From a virus, in IMG/VR virus record IMGVR_UViG_3300029813_000617, positions 1 through 64,000 of that record: a DNA stretch of 64,000 nt; one strand, given 5' to 3'. Below the pieces are notes generated by a model. It was not told the origin of the DNA, made no database searches, and was given only the letters and a program-made list of their open reading frames with translations. Position numbers and translations under genes: made by a program. This document shows positions 19,451-27,849 of the stretch, one piece after another; positions within the stretch are counted from its first letter, which is position 1; each line of letters begins with the position of its first letter.

Positions 19451-20143
19451 TTAGCTACCCGCAAGAGCCCTTTCGCATTTGTAGGCGACTCTCTCAATGG
19501 TCCTATCATACTCTCGTATGAATTCAGGATCTTCCTCAACTCTTGCAAAGAGCTGCCGAGCCACAGTGCCTCGCTCCAGGAGTTTCTTGTATAGCAACCA
19601 AGCGAAGTCGTGATGTTGACGAGTCCCCCTTGGTACTCCAGCCTTTCGCTCCACCCAGAGGGAGACGCGCTCGAACATTTGTCTACCAGGTCCAGTCCAG
19701 GGCTTGCGATCTGCCCTGGTCTTACGTGGATACGTGGTCCAACCTCTTGCCCTAGTCCCCTCTTCTATAGAGGGAATGTAGATCATCGGGTTTCGGGATT
19801 GGGAAGTATCGGGTCCAGGCTGTGGATACAGACCGACATAGGCCCAGGGCCAAACCCCCGCCCCAGCGGCTGTGTACCTCCGCAGGACGCTATCGCCATA
19901 TCCCCCCAGAAACTCGGTAGCCATGCTCGTACCAGGCACATACCCAGGCTGCCGATATGCCCTAAGGACTAATTCCTTGACTGCTGCAGTGAGTTCCCCA
20001 AGTTCCTCTCTCAGAACTGGACCAATCCGCTCAATTAGCCAATCGCGAGCAGCCTGTCCAGACTTGTGCTTCTGAATCAAGTCATCTATCAGCTTTGGGT
20101 TGGTCTTCCAGACTGTGATTCGAACTTGAAAGTACTCAGGCAC
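19451..20143 (-). CDS. HK97 gp10-like tail-completion protein (displaced position)
   Basis: YIPSIEEGTR...WVERK...LYKKLLERGT.ARQLF pattern. Confidence 0.55.
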   Translation of the reverse strand: MPEYFQVRITVWKTNPKLIDDLIQKHKSGQAARDWLIERIGPVLREELGELTAAVKELVLRAYRQPGYVPGTSMATEFLGGYGDSVLRRYTAAGAGVWPWAYVGLYPQPGPDTSQSRNPMIYIPSIEEGTRARGWTTYPRKTRADRKPWTGPGRQMFERVSLWVERKAGVPRGTRQHHDFAWLLYKKLLERGTVARQLFARVEEDPEFIREYDRTIERVAYKCERALAGS

Positions 20144-20144
20144 G

Positions 20145-20752
20145 TCAGTGTCTCCTCATCCCACGCTGTTGTCTGGCTCGCTCTTGTCTAGCCTTAGTTT
20201 TCTCTTTCTGGGCCTTCAACTTCTCAGCCTGACCTCTCAGGTTCATCTCTTCGATGACCTGATTGTAAAAGTCTGTAGTGTATTCCTCATAGAATTGCTT
20301 CTCAGTACAACCGAAGCGATCCATGAACGCAATTTTGGCTATCCACTCGGGTGCTTTTGCTCCTCGAAGACCTTGGAAGTAGCTTCGAGCGGCATCTCTA
20401 TCCCTTTTTTTACAGCTCCCTCCACAGTGTATTCCTCAGTCTGGGCATTGATCGCTTCCTGAAGGTAGCGAAGGAAGGAAGTAGGAAGACGGAGAATAGA
20501 GCTTGAGTCCTTTTCCGTTGGGATATCGAGTGGCACATCCGTCTCAGGATCAGTCAAATTCCAGTCCATTATCATCTTGCACAGAACTTCGGCAATGTTT
20601 TCTGCCGAGACATCGTCACCCTCTAGAGGCTCAGTGATTTCATCAGCCTCCCCGAGCAGGAATGAGCCTGGCTCCTTGACATCGATCCAGAATTGGGGGT
20701 AACCCAACTCCTCAAAGTCAACCCGAAACGTCTTAGGCTTGAACCAACCCAT
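20145..20752 (-). CDS. Tail assembly chaperone, -1 frameshift product (gpGT-like, about 202 aa)
   Basis: Slippery GTA AAA AAA GGG at 20402-20413. The -1 frame reads RDRDAARSYFQG...PEWIAKIAFMDRFGCTEKQFYEE...RRH* and ends 1 nt before the next start. Confidence 0.75.
20339..20752 (-). CDS. Tail assembly chaperone (gpG-like)
   Basis: IMDWNLTD...LDIP...ILRLP motif; between tail tube and tape measure. Confidence 0.75.
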   Translation of the reverse strand: MGWFKPKTFRVDFEELGYPQFWIDVKEPGSFLLGEADEITEPLEGDDVSAENIAEVLCKMIMDWNLTDPETDVPLDIPTEKDSSSILRLPTSFLRYLQEAINAQTEEYTVEGAVKKGIEMPLEATSKVFEEQKHPSG

Positions 20753-21344
20753 CTTCGACCCCTTTCTTCTTAGACCTGATTAGGATGTCACCATTTAGCA
20801 ATCTCTGGCACAAGTACAATCGGCCATCCATACTGGCTGCAGGGAACTCTTCTATGATAGTTAGAACCTCGGGGTAGCCCGTGGCCAAGTTTGTGAGGAG
20901 CAGAGTGCGAACTTGCTGCCCAGACAACAGCTCAGATAGCTTCTTGTGAGGCAGCAAGCGGTTGTGGTAGAGCAGAGCCACCTTGGTCAGTAGCGACCTA
21001 GGGAGAAAGCCCAGGTGAGATCCTGTTATGAGCCCCATCTGTACCCACTGTTGCAACTGAGGCCTCGAGAGAAGAATCCCAGACTGCCAAGCCAGTTTTT
21101 GGAAAGCTGTCACACTAAGCACAGGTTCCCCAAAGTGCTCTGAAGCTAGGCATTCTAGACAGACTACCTTGCCCTGGAGAATGAGCTTCTCCGAAGGGCT
21201 CTCTGCCCTTAACAGGCGAGCAGGCTGACGCCTGCCACAAACCTCACAGACGAAGCCAGCCTGCTTCTTTAGCTTCCAGGCCCAGTAGGCCCTGTCCTTG
21301 TAGCCTGTCTTTTCCTGCTCGCGAACGTATACTCCTCTTGGCAT
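20733..21344 (-). CDS. Zn-finger (degenerate HNH-like) + HTH-like protein
   Basis: CEVCG...CLECLASEH, then SRPQLQQWVQMGLI; has its own promoter. Confidence 0.5.
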   Translation of the reverse strand: MPRGVYVREQEKTGYKDRAYWAWKLKKQAGFVCEVCGRRQPARLLRAESPSEKLILQGKVVCLECLASEHFGEPVLSVTAFQKLAWQSGILLSRPQLQQWVQMGLITGSHLGFLPRSLLTKVALLYHNRLLPHKKLSELLSGQQVRTLLLTNLATGYPEVLTIIEEFPAASMDGRLYLCQRLLNGDILIRSKKKGVEDGLVQA

Positions 21345-21362
21345 CTTGCCCTCCTCTCTCTT

Positions 21363-21391
21363 ATTCTACCAGATAGAGAGCTAGATGTCAA
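21363..21391 (-). promoter_or_regulatory. Sigma70-type promoter
   Basis: TTGACA-17 nt-TAGAAT. Confidence 0.75.
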
Positions 21392-21406
21392 GTGATTGAA
21401 GAAGAA

Positions 21407-22357
21407 CTATGGTGAGATGTAGCTATCCTCAGAGTTCTTGAGCACGATCTTGATAGGGCCAGCGTCAGTCGTATTATAGAGTGCCCGCCCACTGACTCCC
21501 AGAGTGATAAAGATCCCACTCTTGTCCAACTCGGCAGGAGCGTCCCCCCAGTTGAGCTGGCTCATTGTGAATTGGATGCTCTTCTCGCTTGCCCCTGTCC
21601 CATAGGACAGGCTTATCACAACTGCGTTCGTGGCGTGAGTTAGTACATAGTTCAATTCTGCATTGTCAATTGCATCGAAGGTCATAGAGCACGTAACGGC
21701 CAGGCCTCCTGAATAGACTGCTGCTGGGAACTGACTTCCGTCTAGGCCGTGACGGGTTGCAGCCTCGCGCTCGAGTGTGAGTTCACAGTCGATGAGTCTT
21801 GCATTGGCTCCCCCGATATCCAGAGCAGCGTGCCACCCAAGCAGAGGAGCACTCGTATCCTCACCTGGGATATCCCCTGAGCCTGGTGCTGTGCCCAGCT
21901 TTCCTGTCAGGTCTGATGACCAGGTAAGCAAACCCTCCGATGAGCTAAAGGTGAATGTCAAACTCGAAGGTAGCATTCCTATGAATCGGCGAGAACTACC
22001 AGATTCATAGACCCCACCCTCTTCCTGGACAGCGAGACTCTTTGGCTGGGAGTCCATAGTGAACGTGTGCTCGTAAGGAGCACTAGTGCCACTAGTTGGG
22101 TCGCCCAATATCGCCAGGATCAAGAACCCCATCTCCTCAGGGAAGAAGAGTCCCCCAAGACTCATCTCTACAAAACCTGCACCTTGGTATGCGCCAAAGT
22201 CCATAGCGTTGATGCCCCGAAGCAAGTTATCCAGGATCTGCTCGTAGGGTTCTGTGATGCCAGGCGGCTCAATGGGAAGCATTCGATGGGGAGCTTCCGC
22301 CGAACCCCATGAGCTTTCCCTTGCGATCCCAATCTTTATGTCTCTTGATATAGTCAT
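21407..22357 (-). CDS. Major tail tube protein
   Basis: IGIARESSWG N-terminus, PYEHTFT motif, 316 aa, upstream of the chaperone. Confidence 0.85.
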   Translation of the reverse strand: MTISRDIKIGIARESSWGSAEAPHRMLPIEPPGITEPYEQILDNLLRGINAMDFGAYQGAGFVEMSLGGLFFPEEMGFLILAILGDPTSGTSAPYEHTFTMDSQPKSLAVQEEGGVYESGSSRRFIGMLPSSLTFTFSSSEGLLTWSSDLTGKLGTAPGSGDIPGEDTSAPLLGWHAALDIGGANARLIDCELTLEREAATRHGLDGSQFPAAVYSGGLAVTCSMTFDAIDNAELNYVLTHATNAVVISLSYGTGASEKSIQFTMSQLNWGDAPAELDKSGIFITLGVSGRALYNTTDAGPIKIVLKNSEDSYISP

Positions 22358-23505
22358 GTCCTGACCTCCTTAAGTTTCCTCCGCCGAACAGCAAGTGCCT
22401 CTCTGAAAGCAGTAGCCCAGCGATGAGCGTGCAGGTGAATGGCTCGATGGCCTTCCACGTAAGCCTTTGCACTGAGACCTAGTGAATTGCGCAGGTTCTG
22501 GCGAGTGACAAGGGCTTCGATACCCTTGACCCATTCACCAGTTGTATTTCGAACCAGGAGCCCTCTTTTTCGGTGAACAGAACCCTGATATGCGGGTACA
22601 TTGCTAACCACAGACGGGAGCCCAAACATCGAGTACTCGAGGTACTTGAGATCGGACTTCCCTATTCTGTTAAAGTCGTTGCCGATTAGGGGAATAAGCC
22701 CAATGTCAAAATCCACAAAGTGCGATGGATACTCTGCTAGATTAGTATAGCCCGAGTCAGCGATGACTTGTGCTTGAGGAAGCTCGTCAAGCCATCCCGG
22801 TTCCATCCCAACACACTTGAAGCATGTGTTAGGGAATCGGTTCAAGATGATTCTCAGCGGCTCCCGTACAAGTTCTAGGTCATCTCTGTGAGTAGGACCC
22901 CCCATCCAGCCTATGATTAGCTGGCCGTTAGTTTCTGGCTTTTCGATCCTCCAGCGAGGGTGATGTGTGTCAACATAGTTCGATATACAAACTGCCACAC
23001 TACCAGGTTCCATATATTGTCGATAGGTGGCAGCGAGACGAGTTGTAGTAGCAATCAACAAATCGATCTTTCCCAGCACCCTGAGAAAGTCAGGAACCTT
23101 CTCCTTCCAAAAAGTGGCAACAGCCTCAAAGGGAATATCAGGGAAAGAGACTACATGGTCGTCAATATCCATGACGATAGCCTTCCCTAGTCGCTTTGCT
23201 TTTTCTATGATTGGGATAAGGGTATCTGCCCGCTCCTCTCGCTCCAGAAAGAAGACGTTGGCCCAATTCAAGAGTTTCGCCATGAAGGCTTTGGTTTTCT
23301 CGTCAGTCCTGATCTTTCCCTCAGAGTCATGGGGAAGCATCTCTCTCCAAACTGCCTGAATAGCCCCTTGGTCAACAAGAATCTTGAGAGGAAGCAGGAC
23401 CCTGTAGTAGCCACTTGCAAGAGTCTCATAGCAAGGGGCTATGACCTTCAGGGAAGGGATGATTCGCCCTATTCGCCTTCGCGCTCTCTTAGCCATCAAT
23501 CTCAC
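22354..23505 (-). CDS. GT-B fold (GT4-like) glycosyltransferase in the neck/tail operon
   Basis: DIDD, IGWMGGPTH..DL, FDIGLIPL..NDFN..KSDLKYLEY...GLPSVVS. Confidence 0.8.
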   Translation of the reverse strand: MRLMAKRARRRIGRIIPSLKVIAPCYETLASGYYRVLLPLKILVDQGAIQAVWREMLPHDSEGKIRTDEKTKAFMAKLLNWANVFFLEREERADTLIPIIEKAKRLGKAIVMDIDDHVVSFPDIPFEAVATFWKEKVPDFLRVLGKIDLLIATTTRLAATYRQYMEPGSVAVCISNYVDTHHPRWRIEKPETNGQLIIGWMGGPTHRDDLELVREPLRIILNRFPNTCFKCVGMEPGWLDELPQAQVIADSGYTNLAEYPSHFVDFDIGLIPLIGNDFNRIGKSDLKYLEYSMFGLPSVVSNVPAYQGSVHRKRGLLVRNTTGEWVKGIEALVTRQNLRNSLGLSAKAYVEGHRAIHLHAHRWATAFREALAVRRRKLKEVRT

Positions 23506-23993
23506 GCCACATAAACTATACTCCTGCGCTCCAGAACCCGGAGGTGGATTTCACAGTGATGGCAAAGCACAGTTCTTCCAAGCCAAGCATGATCGATCAC
23601 TGGAACCTGAGGTGGCCTGACATGGATGTCAGTTGTCTCAAGCCCAAGTCGCTTCCTGGATTCTAGCGCATTTATGATCTCGTCAACCAAGTCTTGAAAG
23701 ATCTCCTCGCTAGCATCAGAGTCCTTGAGGCCGACGTAACCGCTGATTACGAACAGGTGTTCGCGCATCTCTTGAGGAATCGGTACGCCATCAGCAGTCT
23801 GAGTAAACCCATCTCGGGTGATAAGCCAGACATTGGCTATACGCATGTATTGGTCCACAAGCTTGGTGAAGTACTCCCTAAAACCCTCGGGAGTCCTAGT
23901 ATAGCGGCAATACTCCTGAACGACACCAACACCCGAGATATCCTCCAGGATACCTTTGATGGCAGTTGTGACCTGCTTCCTGAGAGTGGGCAT
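23502..23993 (-). CDS. Tail terminator/neck protein
   Basis: Position and size; SEEIFQDLVDEI...LCHHCEI pattern. Confidence 0.6.
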   Translation of the reverse strand: MPTLRKQVTTAIKGILEDISGVGVVQEYCRYTRTPEGFREYFTKLVDQYMRIANVWLITRDGFTQTADGVPIPQEMREHLFVISGYVGLKDSDASEEIFQDLVDEIINALESRKRLGLETTDIHVRPPQVPVIDHAWLGRTVLCHHCEIHLRVLERRSIVYVA

Positions 23994-23999
23994 CAGACA

Positions 24000-24698
24000 T
24001 TACCTGTAGCCTGGCTTATGGACTAGCAAGGACCGATCCCAAGAGTACCGAGTATCCCAGTCCCCGTAGTGAAAGGCGGGTACCGCTGCACCCTCCGCAG
24101 GGAGACCAAGATGCAATCGCCAGACCTCCTCGCATTCGCGAGCCAAGGCCAGGTACTCCCCTGCCTTATCACGAAAGTTCATCACGTCAACATCTAGGGT
24201 TGGACCCCAGACTCGGGTGTACCTGGCAGCAAGGACTCTAGCTGCCATTGCAGATGCCAGGCTTGCCACAGCCCAAAAGTCAGCATCCTCGACAGTTGTT
24301 GCGGCGACGGCGACTGAGTGGGTATGAGTGAAGGTCAGACGGAGCGTCTTTTCAACCGCAGGAGTGACATTGAGGAGCCTGAGCACAGGATTCCCACTAG
24401 TGCCTTGATATAGGAGCATATCCTTAGGTTCGATGTAGGCAGGAGTCCTGTTACCCTGAGGATACTCGACTTCTAGAACGACCGAGAAATCTTTCTCCCA
24501 AGAATCAGGCAAGATGACATCGTACTCATCAGCACCATCGATGTCCTCAACCTTCTCTAGTGGCTTGTATTTGGAGTGGTGTCGCACAGCCAGCTCAATG
24601 GAATCAGTGATATCAACTGTGCTGATCTCCTCACTCTTTTCCACTTCCTGGAGTCGGCTGCGTATAGCCTCTATATAGTCGCTCAGGTACTTTGCCAC
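24000..24698 (-). CDS. Head-tail adaptor protein
   Basis: Directly downstream of the capsid gene; VEYP.G and ASLASAMAA..LAARY motifs. Confidence 0.6.
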   Translation of the reverse strand: MAKYLSDYIEAIRSRLQEVEKSEEISTVDITDSIELAVRHHSKYKPLEKVEDIDGADEYDVILPDSWEKDFSVVLEVEYPQGNRTPAYIEPKDMLLYQGTSGNPVLRLLNVTPAVEKTLRLTFTHTHSVAVAATTVEDADFWAVASLASAMAARVLAARYTRVWGPTLDVDVMNFRDKAGEYLALARECEEVWRLHLGLPAEGAAVPAFHYGDWDTRYSWDRSLLVHKPGYR

Positions 24699-24733
24699 AT
24701 CCTGCTCCCTGATACCCTCTCACCCTGGACACA

Positions 24734-24770
24734 AGGGGAGCCATCCTGGGCCATGACAGGTTAGCTCCCC
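24734..24770 (-). terminator. Hairpin downstream of the capsid gene
   Basis: GGGGAGC...GCTCCCC inverted repeat; no strong U tract. Confidence 0.3.
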
Positions 24771-24805
24771 CTCAGCCAAGAAAGAAGAGTTTCTCTGGGC
24801 TATGA

Positions 24806-27547
24806 CTAGGCCACGACCGCTGCATACACCCCACGGTGTTCTAGCGGTGCTACCCCGTAGATATGGCGTATTTTGTACCGAACGCTGTCGGCGGTGAACT
24901 GCTTGCCAGTGTTCGCCAGCTCGGTGAAGATCTGAGGCTCTCTAGCTCCATAGAACCCAACCTCGATAGTTGGGATAAGAGCTGGGTCACCCACTATGTA
25001 CCAGTCATTCGGATCAGTCCAATGCCTCACCACGACGGTCTCGAGAACCTTGTAGTGGATATTTGGCACTGTGGCATTCATGCCAGTAATGATCTTAACC
25101 GGTGACATGATCAGATCCCAAGCTGTACCCCGCAACTCGAGAGGAACTAGCAGGTACTTAGGCTCAACATCGATGTAGGTGAGTGCAGTCTCACCAGCAC
25201 CTACGGGTTCCATCTGCTCCAGCATAGCATTTAGAGCTGCTGTGAGTGAAGTGGCACTGAGAGCTGAACTGCCCAGGTTCCCGTGGGAAGTGTCAAACAA
25301 GGCTACTCCTGTATCCCACTCTACATCTTCGTTATCAGGAAAGATGTCGAAGATCGCCTTGTAGAGACCAACTCTTGCAGCAAAACCCATGGAACGAGGG
25401 ACCCGCCTGATAGCATTCAGGTCATCATTTGCAATGGCCCTCAGAGTGATGCTCTCCAGCTTGCCCCGGACAGTGGGAGTATATACTGCCTTTTCGTCAC
25501 CAGGGGAATAAAGGTAGGCATCATAGTCGTCACCTTCATCGACTTCTGCTAGAGCCCCGTACCCCCCAGTTCTCACCCGCTCCTGTTCCTTCATGTTGTC
25601 GAGAGTTTCGATGTTCGAGACAACCTTCTTCCAGTCATCATATCCAGGCTTCCGATACTCCTTCAGAAGCTGACGGGTGATACTGGTGCCAAAGACGTTT
25701 TCCCAAGTCCCGGTTTCGATTGCCTCTCGAAGGAACCCAGTAGCCGAGTCGAAGGGCCTGCCCGAGGCAGATAGGATTTCCTGAGCCCTCACCTCGAAGA
25801 ACGGTCTTCGAGTAACAACTGAGTATGCCTCACGAAGATTGCGGAAGCGCTTTACTCCCTCGATATCCACACCCTCGAACATACCGTCCATGGCTTTGTC
25901 GATCTTGTCCCGAGGGCTATCGCCAAAGCGGACTTGGGGATAAGTAGGTGATACGGCGGGCAGGATTTGTGCCAAGACCTCTTTCTCCTCTCGGATTGCC
26001 TCCTTGAGTTCCTCACCTGTGAACTCGAGGGTTGAGAAGCGACGTCCGAGCTTGTCCTGGACGGGCTGTGGAAGATCGCTCGACCGCAGGCTGGAATCGA
26101 GTTCCACCTGCAGGGCTACCTTCCTGCCAGAGTCCCTCATCTCTGTGAGTTCGTCCTGCAAGCGCCTGATCTCAGTCATCGCCTCGGTGATAGGCGTGAA
26201 GTCTGGCTCAGGCTCAGGCTCAGGCTCTGGCTCTGGCTCCGGTTCCGGTTCTGGCTCAGGCTCTGGCTCTGGCTCAGATTCCAAGAACAGGTCTGGTCGA
26301 AGCTCCTCGAGCTCCTCCTTCGAGATGGAGCCCAAGATATCAAGTTGTCCCACTTCATCCTCCTCTGATTCTAGTATTCTCACGAACCTACCACCTGCAG
26401 CTGGCTCAGTGACAGCATCCACAGACTTTATCCCGTCGATGGAGAGCACTTCTTTGATGAACCGTTCACCCTCGCGGACCAGCTTGTGTCTGCCGATGCC
26501 ACTGATGGAAAAGCCGACTAGATCATGCTTGCCCCGCTCCCAAGCCTCCACGACCTTGTCCCTGAACCAGGCTTCTGACTCGAGTAGATTGAGCGTTGCC
26601 CCAATACCCTTCGAGTTGAGCATTCGGACATTCTCGAACCAGCCAATCAGGTCACGGACACTGCGCTCAGGGCGGTCCCTCCGCTCGGAGGCCGTCTGAT
26701 GGTCAGCATAGCACTTGGCACCCTCGAAGAGAGGTAGTGCCTTCTCGAGGATAGGTAGCGAATATCGGCGGCGTGTAGCTGAAAGCCCAGCCTCGACGAG
26801 AACCACTTCCCATTGTTTTCCATCAGTGTCTTCTACAGCCTCAAGAATCCGACCACTGCGAGCGACGAAGGATTCCTCACGCCTTTCGCCTATCTCCTTG
26901 GCTCGCATCTGAGCGCCACATTTAGGGCACTTCTTGTCACGAGCCTTCACTCCAGCCTCTACTGTCTCCTCGTGGCCGCATTCAGGACAATAGATGACAT
27001 GCTTTCCGTGAGGATGTGGTTCGGCTTTGGAGACTTTGCCATATTCGCCCTTCATCTCAGTCCCACACTTGGGGCACTTCTTGTCCTTGAGATACTCATC
27101 TGCCTTAGCCTTATAGCCACACTTAGGGCAGACAAGAGCAGCCTTGGAGACTTTGCCGTATTCGGCTTTCATCTTAGTCCCACACTTGGGGCAGTTGCCC
27201 TTCGCGTCAGGAGTACCAGTGAAGCCACACTTGGGGCAGCGGTAGGTGCAACCCTTCTCGACTTTGCCGTAGTCTTTGCCGAAATACTGAGTCAGATTGT
27301 CCACAGTCTTCTTTGCGATGGCTTCAAGCTTGGTTTTGCCTTTGACCTTCTCCAGAAAGACTTTGAGCTTCTCTAGAGCCTCAGCATTACGGCTAGCTTT
27401 GGCATCCTCTGTCGCGGTCTGGCCTGCAAGGAGCTTCAGGCGCATGAAAGCGCCTTTGGCTGCCTTAGGGACCTCTTCGCCAGAGCCATCTACTGCTTTG
27501 ACGAAAGCGGAGATCCACGCCTTCACCTTGGATGTGAATCCAGCCAT
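24806..27547 (-). CDS. Fused Zn-ribbons + prohead protease + (EP)12 linker + scaffold + Mu gpT-like major capsid protein
   Basis: Six CxxCG motifs; protease motifs GAKCYADH, GFSI and SVDAVTEPAAGG; coiled coil; capsid motifs PKYLLVP.EL, DWY..DP...IEVGF and YKIRH.YG. Confidence 0.88.
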   Translation of the reverse strand: MAGFTSKVKAWISAFVKAVDGSGEEVPKAAKGAFMRLKLLAGQTATEDAKASRNAEALEKLKVFLEKVKGKTKLEAIAKKTVDNLTQYFGKDYGKVEKGCTYRCPKCGFTGTPDAKGNCPKCGTKMKAEYGKVSKAALVCPKCGYKAKADEYLKDKKCPKCGTEMKGEYGKVSKAEPHPHGKHVIYCPECGHEETVEAGVKARDKKCPKCGAQMRAKEIGERREESFVARSGRILEAVEDTDGKQWEVVLVEAGLSATRRRYSLPILEKALPLFEGAKCYADHQTASERRDRPERSVRDLIGWFENVRMLNSKGIGATLNLLESEAWFRDKVVEAWERGKHDLVGFSISGIGRHKLVREGERFIKEVLSIDGIKSVDAVTEPAAGGRFVRILESEEDEVGQLDILGSISKEELEELRPDLFLESEPEPEPEPEPEPEPEPEPEPEPEPDFTPITEAMTEIRRLQDELTEMRDSGRKVALQVELDSSLRSSDLPQPVQDKLGRRFSTLEFTGEELKEAIREEKEVLAQILPAVSPTYPQVRFGDSPRDKIDKAMDGMFEGVDIEGVKRFRNLREAYSVVTRRPFFEVRAQEILSASGRPFDSATGFLREAIETGTWENVFGTSITRQLLKEYRKPGYDDWKKVVSNIETLDNMKEQERVRTGGYGALAEVDEGDDYDAYLYSPGDEKAVYTPTVRGKLESITLRAIANDDLNAIRRVPRSMGFAARVGLYKAIFDIFPDNEDVEWDTGVALFDTSHGNLGSSALSATSLTAALNAMLEQMEPVGAGETALTYIDVEPKYLLVPLELRGTAWDLIMSPVKIITGMNATVPNIHYKVLETVVVRHWTDPNDWYIVGDPALIPTIEVGFYGAREPQIFTELANTGKQFTADSVRYKIRHIYGVAPLEHRGVYAAVVA
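26204..26275 (-). repeat. 12 x hexanucleotide repeat encoding (EP)12
   Basis: GAR CCN repeated 12 times. Confidence 0.9.
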
Positions 27548-27637
27548 TGTTATCTACCTCCTGTTGAGAAAAGAGAAAAAGCAGCCACATGAGCAGCTGC
27601 TTCTTTCTACTCCACATTCGCTCCACCAAAGTGAGCT

Positions 27638-27847
27638 TTATTCAGCCTTCCGAAGCGCTATCTTTGGTTTCAGAACCGCCTTTCCATTAGAGGCTGAAAG
27701 AGTCACGTCAATCTTGTGGTGTTCATATTCCCTGAGAATTGAGGCAAGCTCCCTGGACTCTAGAAGCTGCCCAATCCAGGCACGGACGATCGGGTGAGCC
27801 TCAGCCCTATTATGACAGATGTTTGAGAAGTTGTCAAGTCCGCCCAC
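27638..27847 (-). CDS. Hypothetical protein
   Basis: 69 aa, coupled to the polyprotein stop. Confidence 0.45.
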   Translation of the reverse strand: MGGLDNFSNICHNRAEAHPIVRAWIGQLLESRELASILREYEHHKIDVTLSASNGKAVLKPKIALRKAE

Positions 27848-27849
27848 TG

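Noticed and set aside
26004-26699. 231-aa plus-strand (GS)n ORF
   Set aside because: Antisense mirror of the (EP)12 linker.
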